64,000 nt of DNA, taken from sequence record NZ_CP064874.1. One strand, 5' to 3'. The stretch is from a plasmid. Below, piece after piece: positions 26,786 through 35,810 of this stretch (position 1 is the stretch's first letter; every line of letters starts with the position of its first letter). The position numbers and the translations under genes were made by a program. The notes beneath the pieces are model-generated. The model had not been told where the DNA came from, made no database searches, and saw only the letters and a list, made by a program, of their open reading frames with translations.

Positions 26786-29700
26786 TCATAGGCCGCGTGC
26801 TGGCCCGTCATGTCGCGGGTCGTTGCGCCGCGGGTCGCGTTCGGTCGGCTCGCGGAGTTGCCGTTCGCGTTCGGCGAGTGCTTGCTGCCTTGCTTCGTGC
26901 TCGGCGCGGGTGGTTTCGATCCGTGCGGCGGCGTCGCGGATCGGTAGCGCGCGGAGGTAGTCGGCCTCGGCTCGGAGCGCGGTGGCTTGCTGGTGCGCCT
27001 GTCCTGCTTGCTGTGCTGGGTTCGGCAGTCGCATCCCGACCCGGTGGCGCATCACCGCCTGCGGCCCGTACTCGCTGACCAGCAACGCCCGGCGTTCCTG
27101 CTCGTGCCGCTGCCGCAACTCGTCACGGTCGGCTCGCGCGGCCTCGACGTGCTGGGCGGCGTCGATCACGCGGGGATCGGCCTCGGCGCGACGCTCGGCC
27201 TGTCGTGCCGCCCACTCGGGCAGGGTGTCGGTGGTGCGGGGTGGTTCGCCCCATGTTTCGCGCACCCGTGCCCGAACCGTCCGGGTGTGCTCGCTCGTCT
27301 GGCGGTGCTCCGCGCGGGCCTTGCGCCTGCCGAGCCTGCCGACGGTGGCGAGTCGGCTGCTTGCGGCGGCCTCGCGCTCGACAGCATCGAGATAGGTGGT
27401 GCCGTCTGCCTCGGCCTGCACCGTCAACGGTTCCGCGATTTCGGCACGGATGCGCGCCGCCTCGTCCTCGGCGTGGCGGAGCACGTCGGCGTGCTCGTCG
27501 TCCTCGGTCTTGTGTGTTGCGCGCTGGGCGTCGAACCTGGCAGCGGTCTGCTCCCAGCGTTCCGCCGCACGTTCGGCTCGTTCGGCTTCGGCGGTGAGGC
27601 GGGCGAGTTCTTCGGTGATGAGCTGCACGGGGCCATCGCTGACGAGGCCTTGCACGGCGTCGATGGCTTGGGCGGTGGCGTGGTCGAGGCCACGGTCTGC
27701 CGGGTCGCGTTCCATCGCCTCAACGAACCGCGCCCGCGCATCCGCCATATCAGCGGCGACGACGTGGAGTTGGTTCTGTTGGCGGCCTCTCGTCATGCCG
27801 ACGTAGACGCCTGCCGCGCTCGTCGCCTCCGACAAGGCCGTGTGGGAGGCATCGACGGTTGCGCCTTGGACGCCGTAGGCGGTCGCGGCATACGACAGGT
27901 GCGCCCACTCGCTCACGTACTCGGCGGGGAGGGCGACGGTGCGGCTGTGCTTGCCTCCGCCGCTGACTTCGCGGGCGTAGACGCTGCCCTCGTCGGTCAC
28001 ATGCTGCACGATCCATTGCTGCCGGTTTGCCACGCCGAGGTCGCTGCTGTTCTTCCGGGTCTGGATCAGGTCGCCAGCGCCGATGCTCAGCCCGTCGCTG
28101 CCGGTCGTCGTCATAGTGTCGTCGACCTCGCCGCGCTCGACCCGCCCGGCGCGGATGTGCTCGTTCAGCTCGGTGGCCTCGTCGTTGGTGGCGACGGTGA
28201 TCGCTTCGCCGTCGTGGGCGTGGGCGGTGATGTGCTCGCGGGCCGCTTCCTCGTCGGCATGCAAGGTCACGAGGCCCATCGTGGCGAGTCGGTCGAACAC
28301 GTCGCCGGGGTGCTCCCGGTCACGCATGACCAACGTCAACGCCGCATACTCGGCATCGGTGAACCTGTGGAGTTCGGTCATGTCGTAGGTACGGCCACGA
28401 ATCTGGGCGGCCATGTCGAGCACCCCGCCGCGCCCGACCGCCGGGAGCTGCGCCCGGTCGCCCACGAACGCGACCGACGCGCCTGCCTCGGCGGTGACGG
28501 TCAGCAGAGCGAGGGCGGTGTCCTGGTCGAGCATCCCCGCTTCGTCCACGATCACCCGCTCACCCCGCGACAGCACGGCGTCGTTTGGTGGGCCGGTGTA
28601 GATGTTCCCGGTTGCAGGGTCGGTGTCGCCGGGTGCGAGGCGTGTCCATACGCCGTCCTCGTTCCACCGCCACCCATGCGCATACACGAGCGCCGCGACG
28701 GAGGTTGCGGGCACGCCGAGTTCTTCGTGGGCGACCTGCGCCGCACGCAACGTCGGCGCAACCACCCGCGAGGATCGCCCGTGCTCGGCTGCAACCTCGA
28801 TGGCGACGCCGAGCATGGTGGTCTTGCCTGCGCCCGCCGCGCCCTCGACAATCACGAGCGGGTTGGTCGAGGCGACGGCAGCGGCGGCCACGGTCTGCCC
28901 GGTGTCGAGTCCGGCGGCTTGCGCAGCGTCGGTCACGTCGGGGTGCTTCGGCTCCCGTTCCGGCGTCGCGGCGGTGAGTTGGTCGCGGAGTGCGGTCTCG
29001 GCGGCGACGACGCCAAGGCTGGTGAGGTGGGCGACGTGCTCGGGTTGCACCATGCCCGGCGGCAGCACCGAGAAACAATCCGAGGCGGCGAGTCCGGTGG
29101 CGAGGTCGATGAACTCGCGCAACTCCGCCGGGGTCGCTTGCACGCCTGCCTCGGTGGTGATGCGGGTGACGTGCTCTCGCACGGTGTGCGGTGCCCAGGT
29201 CGATGCAGCCGCCGCGCAGCGATCCAGCGCACGACTGGCGACCTGTTGCACGCTGAGGTCATCCAGCGATGCCGGCGCAACGGTGTCGGGGTGCTGCAAG
29301 CTCTCGGGGTGGTAGCCGGCGTCTCGGAGTTCCTGCTGCCACCACTGCTCGTTCTTCAAGTCCGCCGGTTTCTTGCCGGGCCGCTGGAACGCCCACGCCG
29401 CGTCCTGCATCCGAGCGGTCAACACCGGGCCGGGCGTCTCGCCGGGATGCTTCGCTTGCCACTCGGCCTCCATGCGTTCCAGGTTGCGTCTGATCTGCGC
29501 CGACCGCTTCGACATGACGGCGTTGAACGGCTCCAACTCCACAACCTCACCGCTTACGGGGTCGAGGGTCAGGCCATGCTCGGAGAGCGTGGCGGCGAGC
29601 TGGGGGTGCGCGGCGATCACCGCCGTACCGAGAGCACGGATCGCGCCCTGCTGCTGGAACAACGCCGCCGTGGTCAGCGCCCGCCACTTCCCGCCCGCCC

Positions 29701-30241
29701 ACACCCTCGTGCCAATCTGGAAATGGATATGCCGGTGCGGATCACCCGCACGACTCGTCTTGTGCGTGATCGCGACGGTCTGCATGTGCTCGACCGGCAG
29801 CACCTCCTGCGCGCCGCGCGGCCCCGCCAACGTGACCGAATGCTGACCAAGGAAGTGCTGAATCTCCCGCGCCGCATCCCGCTGCGTCGCGTCCAACGCC
29901 TCGGACACGTCCGGGTGGAGTGCGGCGGCGACCGACAGGCTCTTCGGCGCGTTGATCGTCATCTCCGCGAACAACGGCGACCCCCGACGCACCTTGCCCG
30001 GCTTGCGCGGGGTACCCATCGACTCCCCGGTGTCCGGGTTCACCCAATCGACCCAGGCTTCGTACTCATCCGCCGACAGCGACCGAGCAGCGGTGACCTC
30101 GCCGGTCGCGTCGATCACGGCGTACTCGGCCACGGCCTGGTCTGCGCCGAGGTAGTACTCGTCAGCGCGGGAGCGGTCGGCCTCGACATAGGCGCGCGCG
30201 GCAGCACCGCTGCCGTGGAACAGCTTCACTCCACCCTTCAC
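26786..30241 (-). CDS. MobF-family conjugative relaxase/helicase (TrwC/TraA-like)
   Basis: ORF 26786..30586 trimmed to GTG at 30241 (RBS GGAGG); relaxase motifs INAPKSLS and HRHIHFQIG; helicase Walker A VIVEGAAGAGKTT, Walker B RVIVDEAGML, VFVGDRAQLPAV, GMTRGR. Confidence 0.85.
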   Translation of the reverse strand: MKGGVKLFHGSGAAARAYVEADRSRADEYYLGADQAVAEYAVIDATGEVTAARSLSADEYEAWVDWVNPDTGESMGTPRKPGKVRRGSPLFAEMTINAPKSLSVAAALHPDVSEALDATQRDAAREIQHFLGQHSVTLAGPRGAQEVLPVEHMQTVAITHKTSRAGDPHRHIHFQIGTRVWAGGKWRALTTAALFQQQGAIRALGTAVIAAHPQLAATLSEHGLTLDPVSGEVVELEPFNAVMSKRSAQIRRNLERMEAEWQAKHPGETPGPVLTARMQDAAWAFQRPGKKPADLKNEQWWQQELRDAGYHPESLQHPDTVAPASLDDLSVQQVASRALDRCAAAASTWAPHTVREHVTRITTEAGVQATPAELREFIDLATGLAASDCFSVLPPGMVQPEHVAHLTSLGVVAAETALRDQLTAATPEREPKHPDVTDAAQAAGLDTGQTVAAAAVASTNPLVIVEGAAGAGKTTMLGVAIEVAAEHGRSSRVVAPTLRAAQVAHEELGVPATSVAALVYAHGWRWNEDGVWTRLAPGDTDPATGNIYTGPPNDAVLSRGERVIVDEAGMLDQDTALALLTVTAEAGASVAFVGDRAQLPAVGRGGVLDMAAQIRGRTYDMTELHRFTDAEYAALTLVMRDREHPGDVFDRLATMGLVTLHADEEAAREHITAHAHDGEAITVATNDEATELNEHIRAGRVERGEVDDTMTTTGSDGLSIGAGDLIQTRKNSSDLGVANRQQWIVQHVTDEGSVYAREVSGGGKHSRTVALPAEYVSEWAHLSYAATAYGVQGATVDASHTALSEATSAAGVYVGMTRGRQQNQLHVVAADMADARARFVEAMERDPADRGLDHATAQAIDAVQGLVSDGPVQLITEELARLTAEAERAERAAERWEQTAARFDAQRATHKTEDDEHADVLRHAEDEAARIRAEIAEPLTVQAEADGTTYLDAVEREAAASSRLATVGRLGRRKARAEHRQTSEHTRTVRARVRETWGEPPRTTDTLPEWAARQAERRAEADPRVIDAAQHVEAARADRDELRQRHEQERRALLVSEYGPQAVMRHRVGMRLPNPAQQAGQAHQQATALRAEADYLRALPIRDAAARIETTRAEHEARQQALAERERQLREPTERDPRRNDPRHDGPARGL

Positions 30242-30251
30242 TCTGGCCTCC

Positions 30252-30271
30252 CTCACGAGTCGTCTCGTGAG
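30252..30271 (-). promoter_or_regulatory. hairpin CTCACGAG-TCGT-CTCGTGAG just upstream of the relaxase RBS; candidate oriT/nic-region or regulatory structure
   Basis: 8-bp perfect inverted repeat 11 bp from GTG start; MobF oriT sites typically lie upstream of the relaxase gene. Confidence 0.3.
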
Positions 30272-30468
30272 AGAGGTGCGCACTACGGCCCCGCCGTAAA
30301 ATACGTGCCTCACTGAGATAGGGGGCAGATGACTGATGGAGCCGAGCGTCAGCGCGAGAGCGTCGCACAGAGTGTCGCTGGCAAGAGTTGGCGTCACAAA
30401 GTTCGAGGGAACTTTCGGAGTTCGGTTCGATGAAGTGACTAGTCTTCTCGGCGAACTTCGTGACCTGA

Positions 30469-31053
30469 TTACTGCCCGATGAGTCTTCGGGCAGCGGTGA
30501 CGACGGAGGCACGGCGGCGTGCGTGTTCGGCGTCGCTCTCGGCTCCGGTGATCATGCGGGCGACCTGCGGTACCGCTGACCACCATCCGGCGAGTGAGAG
30601 CACGAGGAACATCAGGTGGTCGGCGTCGAGGTCGCTCGTTACTGTGCCCTTGGCCTGTCCGTCGGTCATGGCGGCGACTTTGTATCCGTAGTATTCGCGC
30701 CGCTCGGCCTCGTCGGGTACTTCGGTGTCGAAGACGAGCCCTTCCCAGCGCATGAGCCTGCCGAGTTCGGGGTGCTCGCGGTGGTAGTCGTAGACGCGCC
30801 CGGCGTAGTCGCCCACGTCCTCGGTTGCGAATGATTCGACGGGCACGTCGCGGGCTACCTTCGCCAGTTCCTCGCGCAGTACGGTGGCGAAAAGTCTGTC
30901 CTTGCCCCCGAAGTGCGTGTAGACGCGCTCCTTGTTCACCCCGGCGGCCTTGGCGATGCGCTCGATGGTCGTGCCGTGCGGCCCGTGCGCGGCGAACTCG
31001 GCCACCGCCGCGTCGAGGATGCGGCGCTTCCTGCCCTCAACATCCCAGCCCAT
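30469..31053 (-). CDS. TetR/AcrR family transcriptional regulator
   Basis: ORF 30469..31230 trimmed to MGWDVEGRKRR (RBS GGGAGGTGG); N-terminal HTH ILDAAVAEFAAHGPHGTTIERIAKAAGVNKERVYTHF. Confidence 0.8.
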   Translation of the reverse strand: MGWDVEGRKRRILDAAVAEFAAHGPHGTTIERIAKAAGVNKERVYTHFGGKDRLFATVLREELAKVARDVPVESFATEDVGDYAGRVYDYHREHPELGRLMRWEGLVFDTEVPDEAERREYYGYKVAAMTDGQAKGTVTSDLDADHLMFLVLSLAGWWSAVPQVARMITGAESDAEHARRRASVVTAARRLIGQ

Positions 31054-31109
31054 CGTTCCCACCTCCCGTCTCGTGCGGTAAACCCAACGCTCACGTTGCG
31101 TCTTCGCGC

Positions 31110-31230
31110 GTCCGGACGGTCCGAGGATCGCGGTGCCGGCACGTTCGACATGCATGACCTGTAGGTCGGAGTATCCGCCCCAGTTCAGGACCTGGACCTT
31201 CTCGATGCGGAACTGCCCATTGATTAGCAT
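31110..31230 (-). pseudogene. JetC (Wadjet SMC-like ATPase) N-terminal fragment, about 40 codons, fused in-frame into the tetR upstream region
   Basis: MLINGQFRIEKVQVLNWGGYSDLQVMHVERAGTAILGPSGRAKTQ resembles the JetC/AAA_23 N-terminus with degenerate Walker A; ATGA overlap with the DUF4194 ORF. Confidence 0.4.
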
Positions 31231-31232
31231 CA

Positions 31233-31649
31233 GGACTCCTCGTCAAGGAGCTGGGCTGAGTTTTCGGTGCCATTCCCGTCATTTGCGGTGGCGCCTGCCC
31301 CGAGCCGGTATGCCGCTTCCAGCCGCGTCAGTTCATCGACACCGACAAGAGGTACCACGACTGGCGAGATCGTGTAGAGGTAGTCGGCGTCAGGGTCCTG
31401 GTTGAGCAGCCGCAGATCCTGCAGCTGCCGGATGGCGGCGGTGACGCGACGATCGAACTTCGCCTGGTCGCCGTCGTCATCCTGGCGGTAGGCGCTAAGG
31501 AACTCGTCGATCTGAGCCCGGGTGACCACGACGAGCTCGTCCTGGGGGTCGGCGTGGGCGCACTCCTGGCAGAGAAAGATGAGCAGGAACGAGGCGTCGC
31601 GACTGAGCGGGCGATCTTTGCGGAGGATGCGGGGAGTGTCCTCCTCCAT
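31233..31649 (-). pseudogene. JetB (DUF4194) C-terminal fragment, N-terminal part displaced by the ISL3 insertion
   Basis: DRPLSRDASFLLIFLCQECAHADPQDELVVVTRAQIDEFLSAYRQ...acidic tail; 3' part of ORF 31230..32882, whose 5' portion is antisense to the ISL3 transposase. Confidence 0.45.
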
Positions 31650-31664
31650 GATCTGCCGTTTGAA

Positions 31665-33122
31665 GGCTCTTCGGACATTCGGTGGGGGTGAGGCTTGCCG
31701 GGTGGGGTTCGGCGGGTAGGGGTCGAGGTCCCCGAGGATCAGTAGCGCTAACTGTCTGATCTTCACGAGGACCTCGACGTGCTTCACCCTACTTCGGGGT
31801 GCGCTTCCGCGCGCTCTGCCGCTGATCCGTGTTCCCGCTGCGACGTTCTGCTGGGTCTTCCCGATGTCCATGTCGAGCGCGTCGACCGTCGCGACGGGCT
31901 GCTGGTGGTGACGGTCTCGACGCCAGCGGCGCCGACCGGCTGCCCCTCGTGTGGGGTCGTCGCGACCGGCCGCGGACGCCGTCGACGGGTGCTTCATGAT
32001 GTGCCCGCGACGACGCGGGTGCGGATCGTATGGCGGCAGCGGGTCTGGCGGTGCGACGAGGTGGGATGCGCGCGGCGGACGTTCGTGGAGCAGCTCCCGG
32101 GTCTGGTCGCCCGGCGCGGGTCGATCACCACGCGCGCCGTCGGCTGGGCGATCGGGCAGCTGCGCCGCGAGCACGCCACCGTGCACGGTATCGCCCGTCA
32201 GCTCGGCACGTCGTGGAAGACGGTGTGGCGCGCTGTCGAGCCTGAGTTGGAGCGGCTCGCGGCCGACGAGTCCCGATTCGAGAACGTCACCACGCTCGGT
32301 GTCGATGAGCACATCTGGCATCACGTCGACCCCCGCAAGCGCGGTCCGAAGGAGCTTACCGGGATGGTCGATCTGAGCCGCGACGCGGACGGGAAGACGC
32401 GGGCCAGGCTGCTCGACCTGGTGCCGGGCCGCTCCGGGAAGGCCTACGCGTCCTGGCTCGCCGAACGCGGCGAAGCGTTCCGGCAGAACGTGAAAGTCGC
32501 GGCTCTTGACCCGTTCGCCGGCTACAAGACCGCGATCGACGACCAGCTCGAAGACGCCACGGCCGTGCTGGACGCATTCCACGTCGTCAAGCTCGGCACC
32601 GCCGCCGTCGACGAGGTCCGCCGCCGCGTCCAGCAGGACACCCTCGGGCATCGCGGTCGGACCGGCGACCCGCTCTACGGGATCCAGACCATCCTCCGCG
32701 CCGGCGCCGAGAACCTCACCGAGAAGCAGCGGACCAGGCTCGCGGCAGCGATCGAGGCCGACCCCGCGCACGACGAGGTGTTCGTCGCATGGCAGTGCGC
32801 CCAGCAACTGCGTTCCGCCTACCACCAGAAGGACCTCGCCGAGGGCCGCCAGATCGCGGAGAAGGTCGTCGACACATTCCACACCTGCCCGATCCCCGAG
32901 ATCGCCCGCCTCGGCCGCACCCTCCGCCGCTGGCGAGCCGCGTTCCTGGCCTACTTCACGACCGGACGATCATCGAACGGCGGCACTGAGGCCGTGAACG
33001 GGATCATCGAGCTGCACCGCCGCCTCGCCCGCGGCTTCCGCAACCGCGACAACTACCGGCTCCGCATGCTCCTCGCCGCCGGCGGACTCACCCCATGACC
33101 CCCACCGAATGTCCGAAGAGCC
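31665..33122 (+). mobile_element. ISL3-family insertion sequence, copy 1
   Basis: Perfect terminal IRs GGCTCTTCGGACAT ... ATGTCCGAAGAGCC; transposase 31779..33098; no matching 8-bp direct repeats. Confidence 0.8.
31779..33098 (+). CDS. ISL3 family transposase
   Basis: 439 aa; N-terminal zinc-finger/HTH, DDE domain; about 90 percent identical to 52906..54225. Confidence 0.85.
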   Translation: MLHPTSGCASARSAADPCSRCDVLLGLPDVHVERVDRRDGLLVVTVSTPAAPTGCPSCGVVATGRGRRRRVLHDVPATTRVRIVWRQRVWRCDEVGCARRTFVEQLPGLVARRGSITTRAVGWAIGQLRREHATVHGIARQLGTSWKTVWRAVEPELERLAADESRFENVTTLGVDEHIWHHVDPRKRGPKELTGMVDLSRDADGKTRARLLDLVPGRSGKAYASWLAERGEAFRQNVKVAALDPFAGYKTAIDDQLEDATAVLDAFHVVKLGTAAVDEVRRRVQQDTLGHRGRTGDPLYGIQTILRAGAENLTEKQRTRLAAAIEADPAHDEVFVAWQCAQQLRSAYHQKDLAEGRQIAEKVVDTFHTCPIPEIARLGRTLRRWRAAFLAYFTTGRSSNGGTEAVNGIIELHRRLARGFRNRDNYRLRMLLAAGGLTP

Positions 33123-33221
33123 AGTTGCCGGCACCGGGGGAGAGGGGCCCAGCGCTAGGGCGTGTTGATCAAGAAGGTGCGGGGTGGCCAGCCGCCGCGA
33201 GTTGCGCGGGAGAATGGGCGT

Positions 33222-33551
33222 GTGAAGATCCAGGTGCTGCATATCGAGGATTGCCCGAATTGGCAGGAGGCGGGCGATCGAGTACGGCTGGTGCTCGACT
33301 CGATCGGACGGGGCGATGTTCCGGTGGAGTTCGTGTTGATCCGCACCGAGGCTGAGGCGGTGAGCTCTGGTTTCGCGGGCTCGCCCACGATTCTTCTGGA
33401 CGGTCAGGACTTGTTCCCGTCCCAGGGGAACACTGCCGACTTGGCGTGCAGGGTCTATCTGACCGAGCGCGGCTTTGCGGGTGCGCCGACGGTGGGACAG
33501 CTTGAGCGCACGCTGCAGGAGCGCGAAGCGCTCAGCGGAGATCGGTCTTGA
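33222..33551 (+). CDS. passenger ORF inside IS5 copy A: thioredoxin-like hypothetical protein
   Basis: GTG start with RBS GGGAGAA; VKIQVLHIEDCPNWQEAG...; located between the IR and the transposase stop, opposite strand. Confidence 0.4.
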   Translation: MKIQVLHIEDCPNWQEAGDRVRLVLDSIGRGDVPVEFVLIRTEAEAVSSGFAGSPTILLDGQDLFPSQGNTADLACRVYLTERGFAGAPTVGQLERTLQEREALSGDRS

Positions 33552-34417
33552 TCCAGATCAGCGCCGCGGCGAGGCTGACGGCGGCTCGGTAGTTGAGGGC
33601 GAGTTTGTCCGAGCGCATCGCGATGCCGCGCCACTGCTTGAGACGGTTGAAGCAGCGTTCTACGACGTTGCGTCCCTTGTAGCGTTCCTTCTGCTTGTCG
33701 CCGAAAGCGATCGGCCGGCCCGGCTTCTTGCGGCGGTGCGCGATCTGGTCGTCCCGCTCGGGGATGGTCGCCGCGATCCTCCGGTCGCGGAGCCAGGCGC
33801 GGTTCGCCCTTGAGGGGTACCCCTTGTCGGCGAGCACCCGGTCGGGGCGGGTGCGGGGGCGGCCCTTCCCGTCGCGGGGAACGCGGATGTTCTCCAGCAC
33901 CGCGCTCATCATCGTGGTGTCGTTGATGTTCCCGGCGGTGATCATCATGCTCAGCGGCCGGCCGCGGCCGTCGCAGACCAGGTGCAGTTTGGTCGTCAGC
34001 CCGCCGCGGGAGCGTCCGATCCCGTGATCAGGCGGCTCGGACCACGGATTCTTGTGATTCGGCACAGCCCCCTGTGTCCCGGGCGAGGGTCGCGCCGTGC
34101 TGATGCACGCGCGCGATCGTGGAGTCGATCGAGACGACCCAGTCGATTTCCCCAGCGGCGTCGGCCTGCTTCTGCACCTCGGTGAGCAGCTTCTGCCAGG
34201 TGCCGTCCCCGGCCCACCGGTTGAACCGCTTGTAGATCGAGTTCCACTTCCCGAACCGTTCCGGAACGTCACGCCACGGCGCACCGGTCCGGTACTTCCA
34301 CGCCATCCCCTCGATAGCGAGCCGGTGATCCGTCCACGGCCGCGACCGACCGGTCACCGTCGGCATCAACGGCTCCATCACGGCCCACACCTCGTCAGAG
34401 ATCTCCTGTCGCGTCAC
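33532..34417 (-). CDS. IS5 family transposase (OrfA 34028-34417 plus OrfB 33532-34284, frameshifted)
   Basis: OrfA MTRQEISDEVWAVMEPLMP (DUF4096-like); OrfB DDE C-terminal (ADKGYPSRANRAWLRDRRIAATIPERDDQ). Confidence 0.8.
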
Positions 34418-34465
34418 CGTTCAAGACTCACCCACCGAGGAGCGGAACCTCTTGATCAACACGCC

Positions 34466-34861
34466 CTAGGCGGAGGCCTTCGCCTTGGCTTTCTCGATCT
34501 GATAAACCCGCTGCTTGCTGATCCCGAGTACGCGGCCGACGTCGGGGGCGGAGTACTTCTCGTTCCTGAGCGCGGTTACCACGGCGCGGCGACGCTCCGC
34601 GGCGCGGGCCTGAGCCCGACGCGCCTCAGCTTCGTCCTTCTCCGCCTGTGCCCACTCGTCGAGCAGCTGCTTAGGGGCGCGCACGTCGACGGTGACGGCC
34701 ACCTCGGCGGGGTCGACGTTGAGCCACATCGCAGCGACACCCTGGGCCTCGCGATCTACCTCGTCGAGAGAGGCTGCCTGCCCTCCGGTGCCGAGTTCGG
34801 GGATCTCGAACACCCACCAACGGCCTTCGCGCTCGACGCTGACGGCGAATGTCTGTGTCAT
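34466..34861 (-). CDS. hicB: HicB-family antitoxin with C-terminal HTH
   Basis: ORF 34466..35017 trimmed to MTQTFAVSVEREGRWWVFEIPELG (RBS GAGGGAGGA); RNase H-like HicB fold signature; C-terminal ribbon/HTH. Confidence 0.65.
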   Translation of the reverse strand: MTQTFAVSVEREGRWWVFEIPELGTGGQAASLDEVDREAQGVAAMWLNVDPAEVAVTVDVRAPKQLLDEWAQAEKDEAEARRAQARAAERRRAVVTALRNEKYSAPDVGRVLGISKQRVYQIEKAKAKASA

Positions 34862-34874
34862 CGCGTCCTCCCTC

Positions 34875-35084
34875 TCACTTCCAGGCCTGGGGGAGTGTCG
34901 CCCCGGCCCTCTCGATCTGTCGCAGCACGCCCGCTGAGACTTCCTTGTGCCCTGCCGGGATCGAGGCTTTCTGCGACTCGTCGGGCAGGCCCCATAGTTC
35001 GTGGCTACCCTGACCATCGCGCAGATAGACCCAGCCGATGCTCTTCAGGTGCTTCAGCACGTCTCGCGTTCGCTGTGCTTTCAT
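34875..35084 (-). CDS. hicA: HicA mRNA-interferase toxin
   Basis: 69 aa; MKAQRTRDVLKHLKSIGWVYLRDGQGSHELWGLPD typical HicA. Confidence 0.7.
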   Translation of the reverse strand: MKAQRTRDVLKHLKSIGWVYLRDGQGSHELWGLPDESQKASIPAGHKEVSAGVLRQIERAGATLPQAWK

Positions 35085-35770
35085 GAGTCTAGTCTAGACC
35101 CCCCTTGCCCGCAAGTCAAGGGGGTCTTGCCTTTTTGGTATTGTTCTTCGGTTTCAAACTCGGTGCCACACAGGCCGCAAAGGATCGGGCCCGCGTCGAT
35201 CACGGCGTTGGATGCGCGGATCTTGCGGCTGCAGCTGCACACGGCCGTGCGGCCGTTGTTGCTCTTGGTCTTGCCCTCCGCGTCAGGCGATTCGCTTCGA
35301 CGGTAGGCGGTGATCGCCGCCGTGAGCTGCGCAACCTCGGCCGCGTACGTCTCGGCGGTTCCCGTGGGCACGGTGGTGACTGACCATCCGATGCGGGGAT
35401 CTTTCTCGAGCGTCAGACCGAAGCTCTCTGCGATGCTCCGAAAAGCTGCGTTGTGGTAGCGGCCCTGTCTGCTGGTGTCTTTGATTCCTCGCGTGTTCGC
35501 GGCGCCGTGGGCGGCTTCGTGCAGAAGTGTGCCGAGCACGTCCACGCCGCCGCGTGAGAGTCCTTCACCGCCGATGAACAACTCGTGCACCACCTCGTCA
35601 CCACGCACCCACCGATCGGGGGCGAAGTGGCCGAGATTCACGCCCTTGACCGTGCGACCGGACGCGAGGGTAACGACGACCTCCGGCACGTCGCTGTGGC
35701 GCTGCTGAATCGCGGCCCAGGTGCGTTCGATCGCTGCGACCAGGGGAGCGGAGGTGCCCTCGCCCATCAC
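35081..35770 (-). CDS. SprT-like zinc metalloprotease-domain protein with C-terminal zinc ribbon
   Basis: LLHEAAHG HExxH motif; C-terminal CSCSRK...CGLCGTEFE. Confidence 0.4.
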   Translation of the reverse strand: MMGEGTSAPLVAAIERTWAAIQQRHSDVPEVVVTLASGRTVKGVNLGHFAPDRWVRGDEVVHELFIGGEGLSRGGVDVLGTLLHEAAHGAANTRGIKDTSRQGRYHNAAFRSIAESFGLTLEKDPRIGWSVTTVPTGTAETYAAEVAQLTAAITAYRRSESPDAEGKTKSNNGRTAVCSCSRKIRASNAVIDAGPILCGLCGTEFETEEQYQKGKTPLTCGQGGSRLDS

Positions 35771-35810
35771 ACGGCCTCCGAGACCGGCGGAGAGTCAATA
35801 TTGAGGGTTG

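Larger units (their letters stand above)
33155..34458 (-). mobile_element. IS5-family (IS427-group-like) element, copy A, with a 377-bp passenger segment
   Basis: Perfect 19-bp terminal IRs CTAGGGCGTGTTGATCAAG at 33155 and 34440-34458; two-frame transposase 33532..34417. Confidence 0.75.

Noticed and set aside
26987-30316. 1109-aa plus-strand ORF
   Set aside because: Antisense to the MobF relaxase gene; low-complexity Gly/Arg-rich translation.
31230-32882. 550-aa minus-strand ORF
   Set aside because: Mostly antisense to the ISL3 transposase; only its 3' 140 codons (the JetB-like fragment) look like genuine coding sequence.
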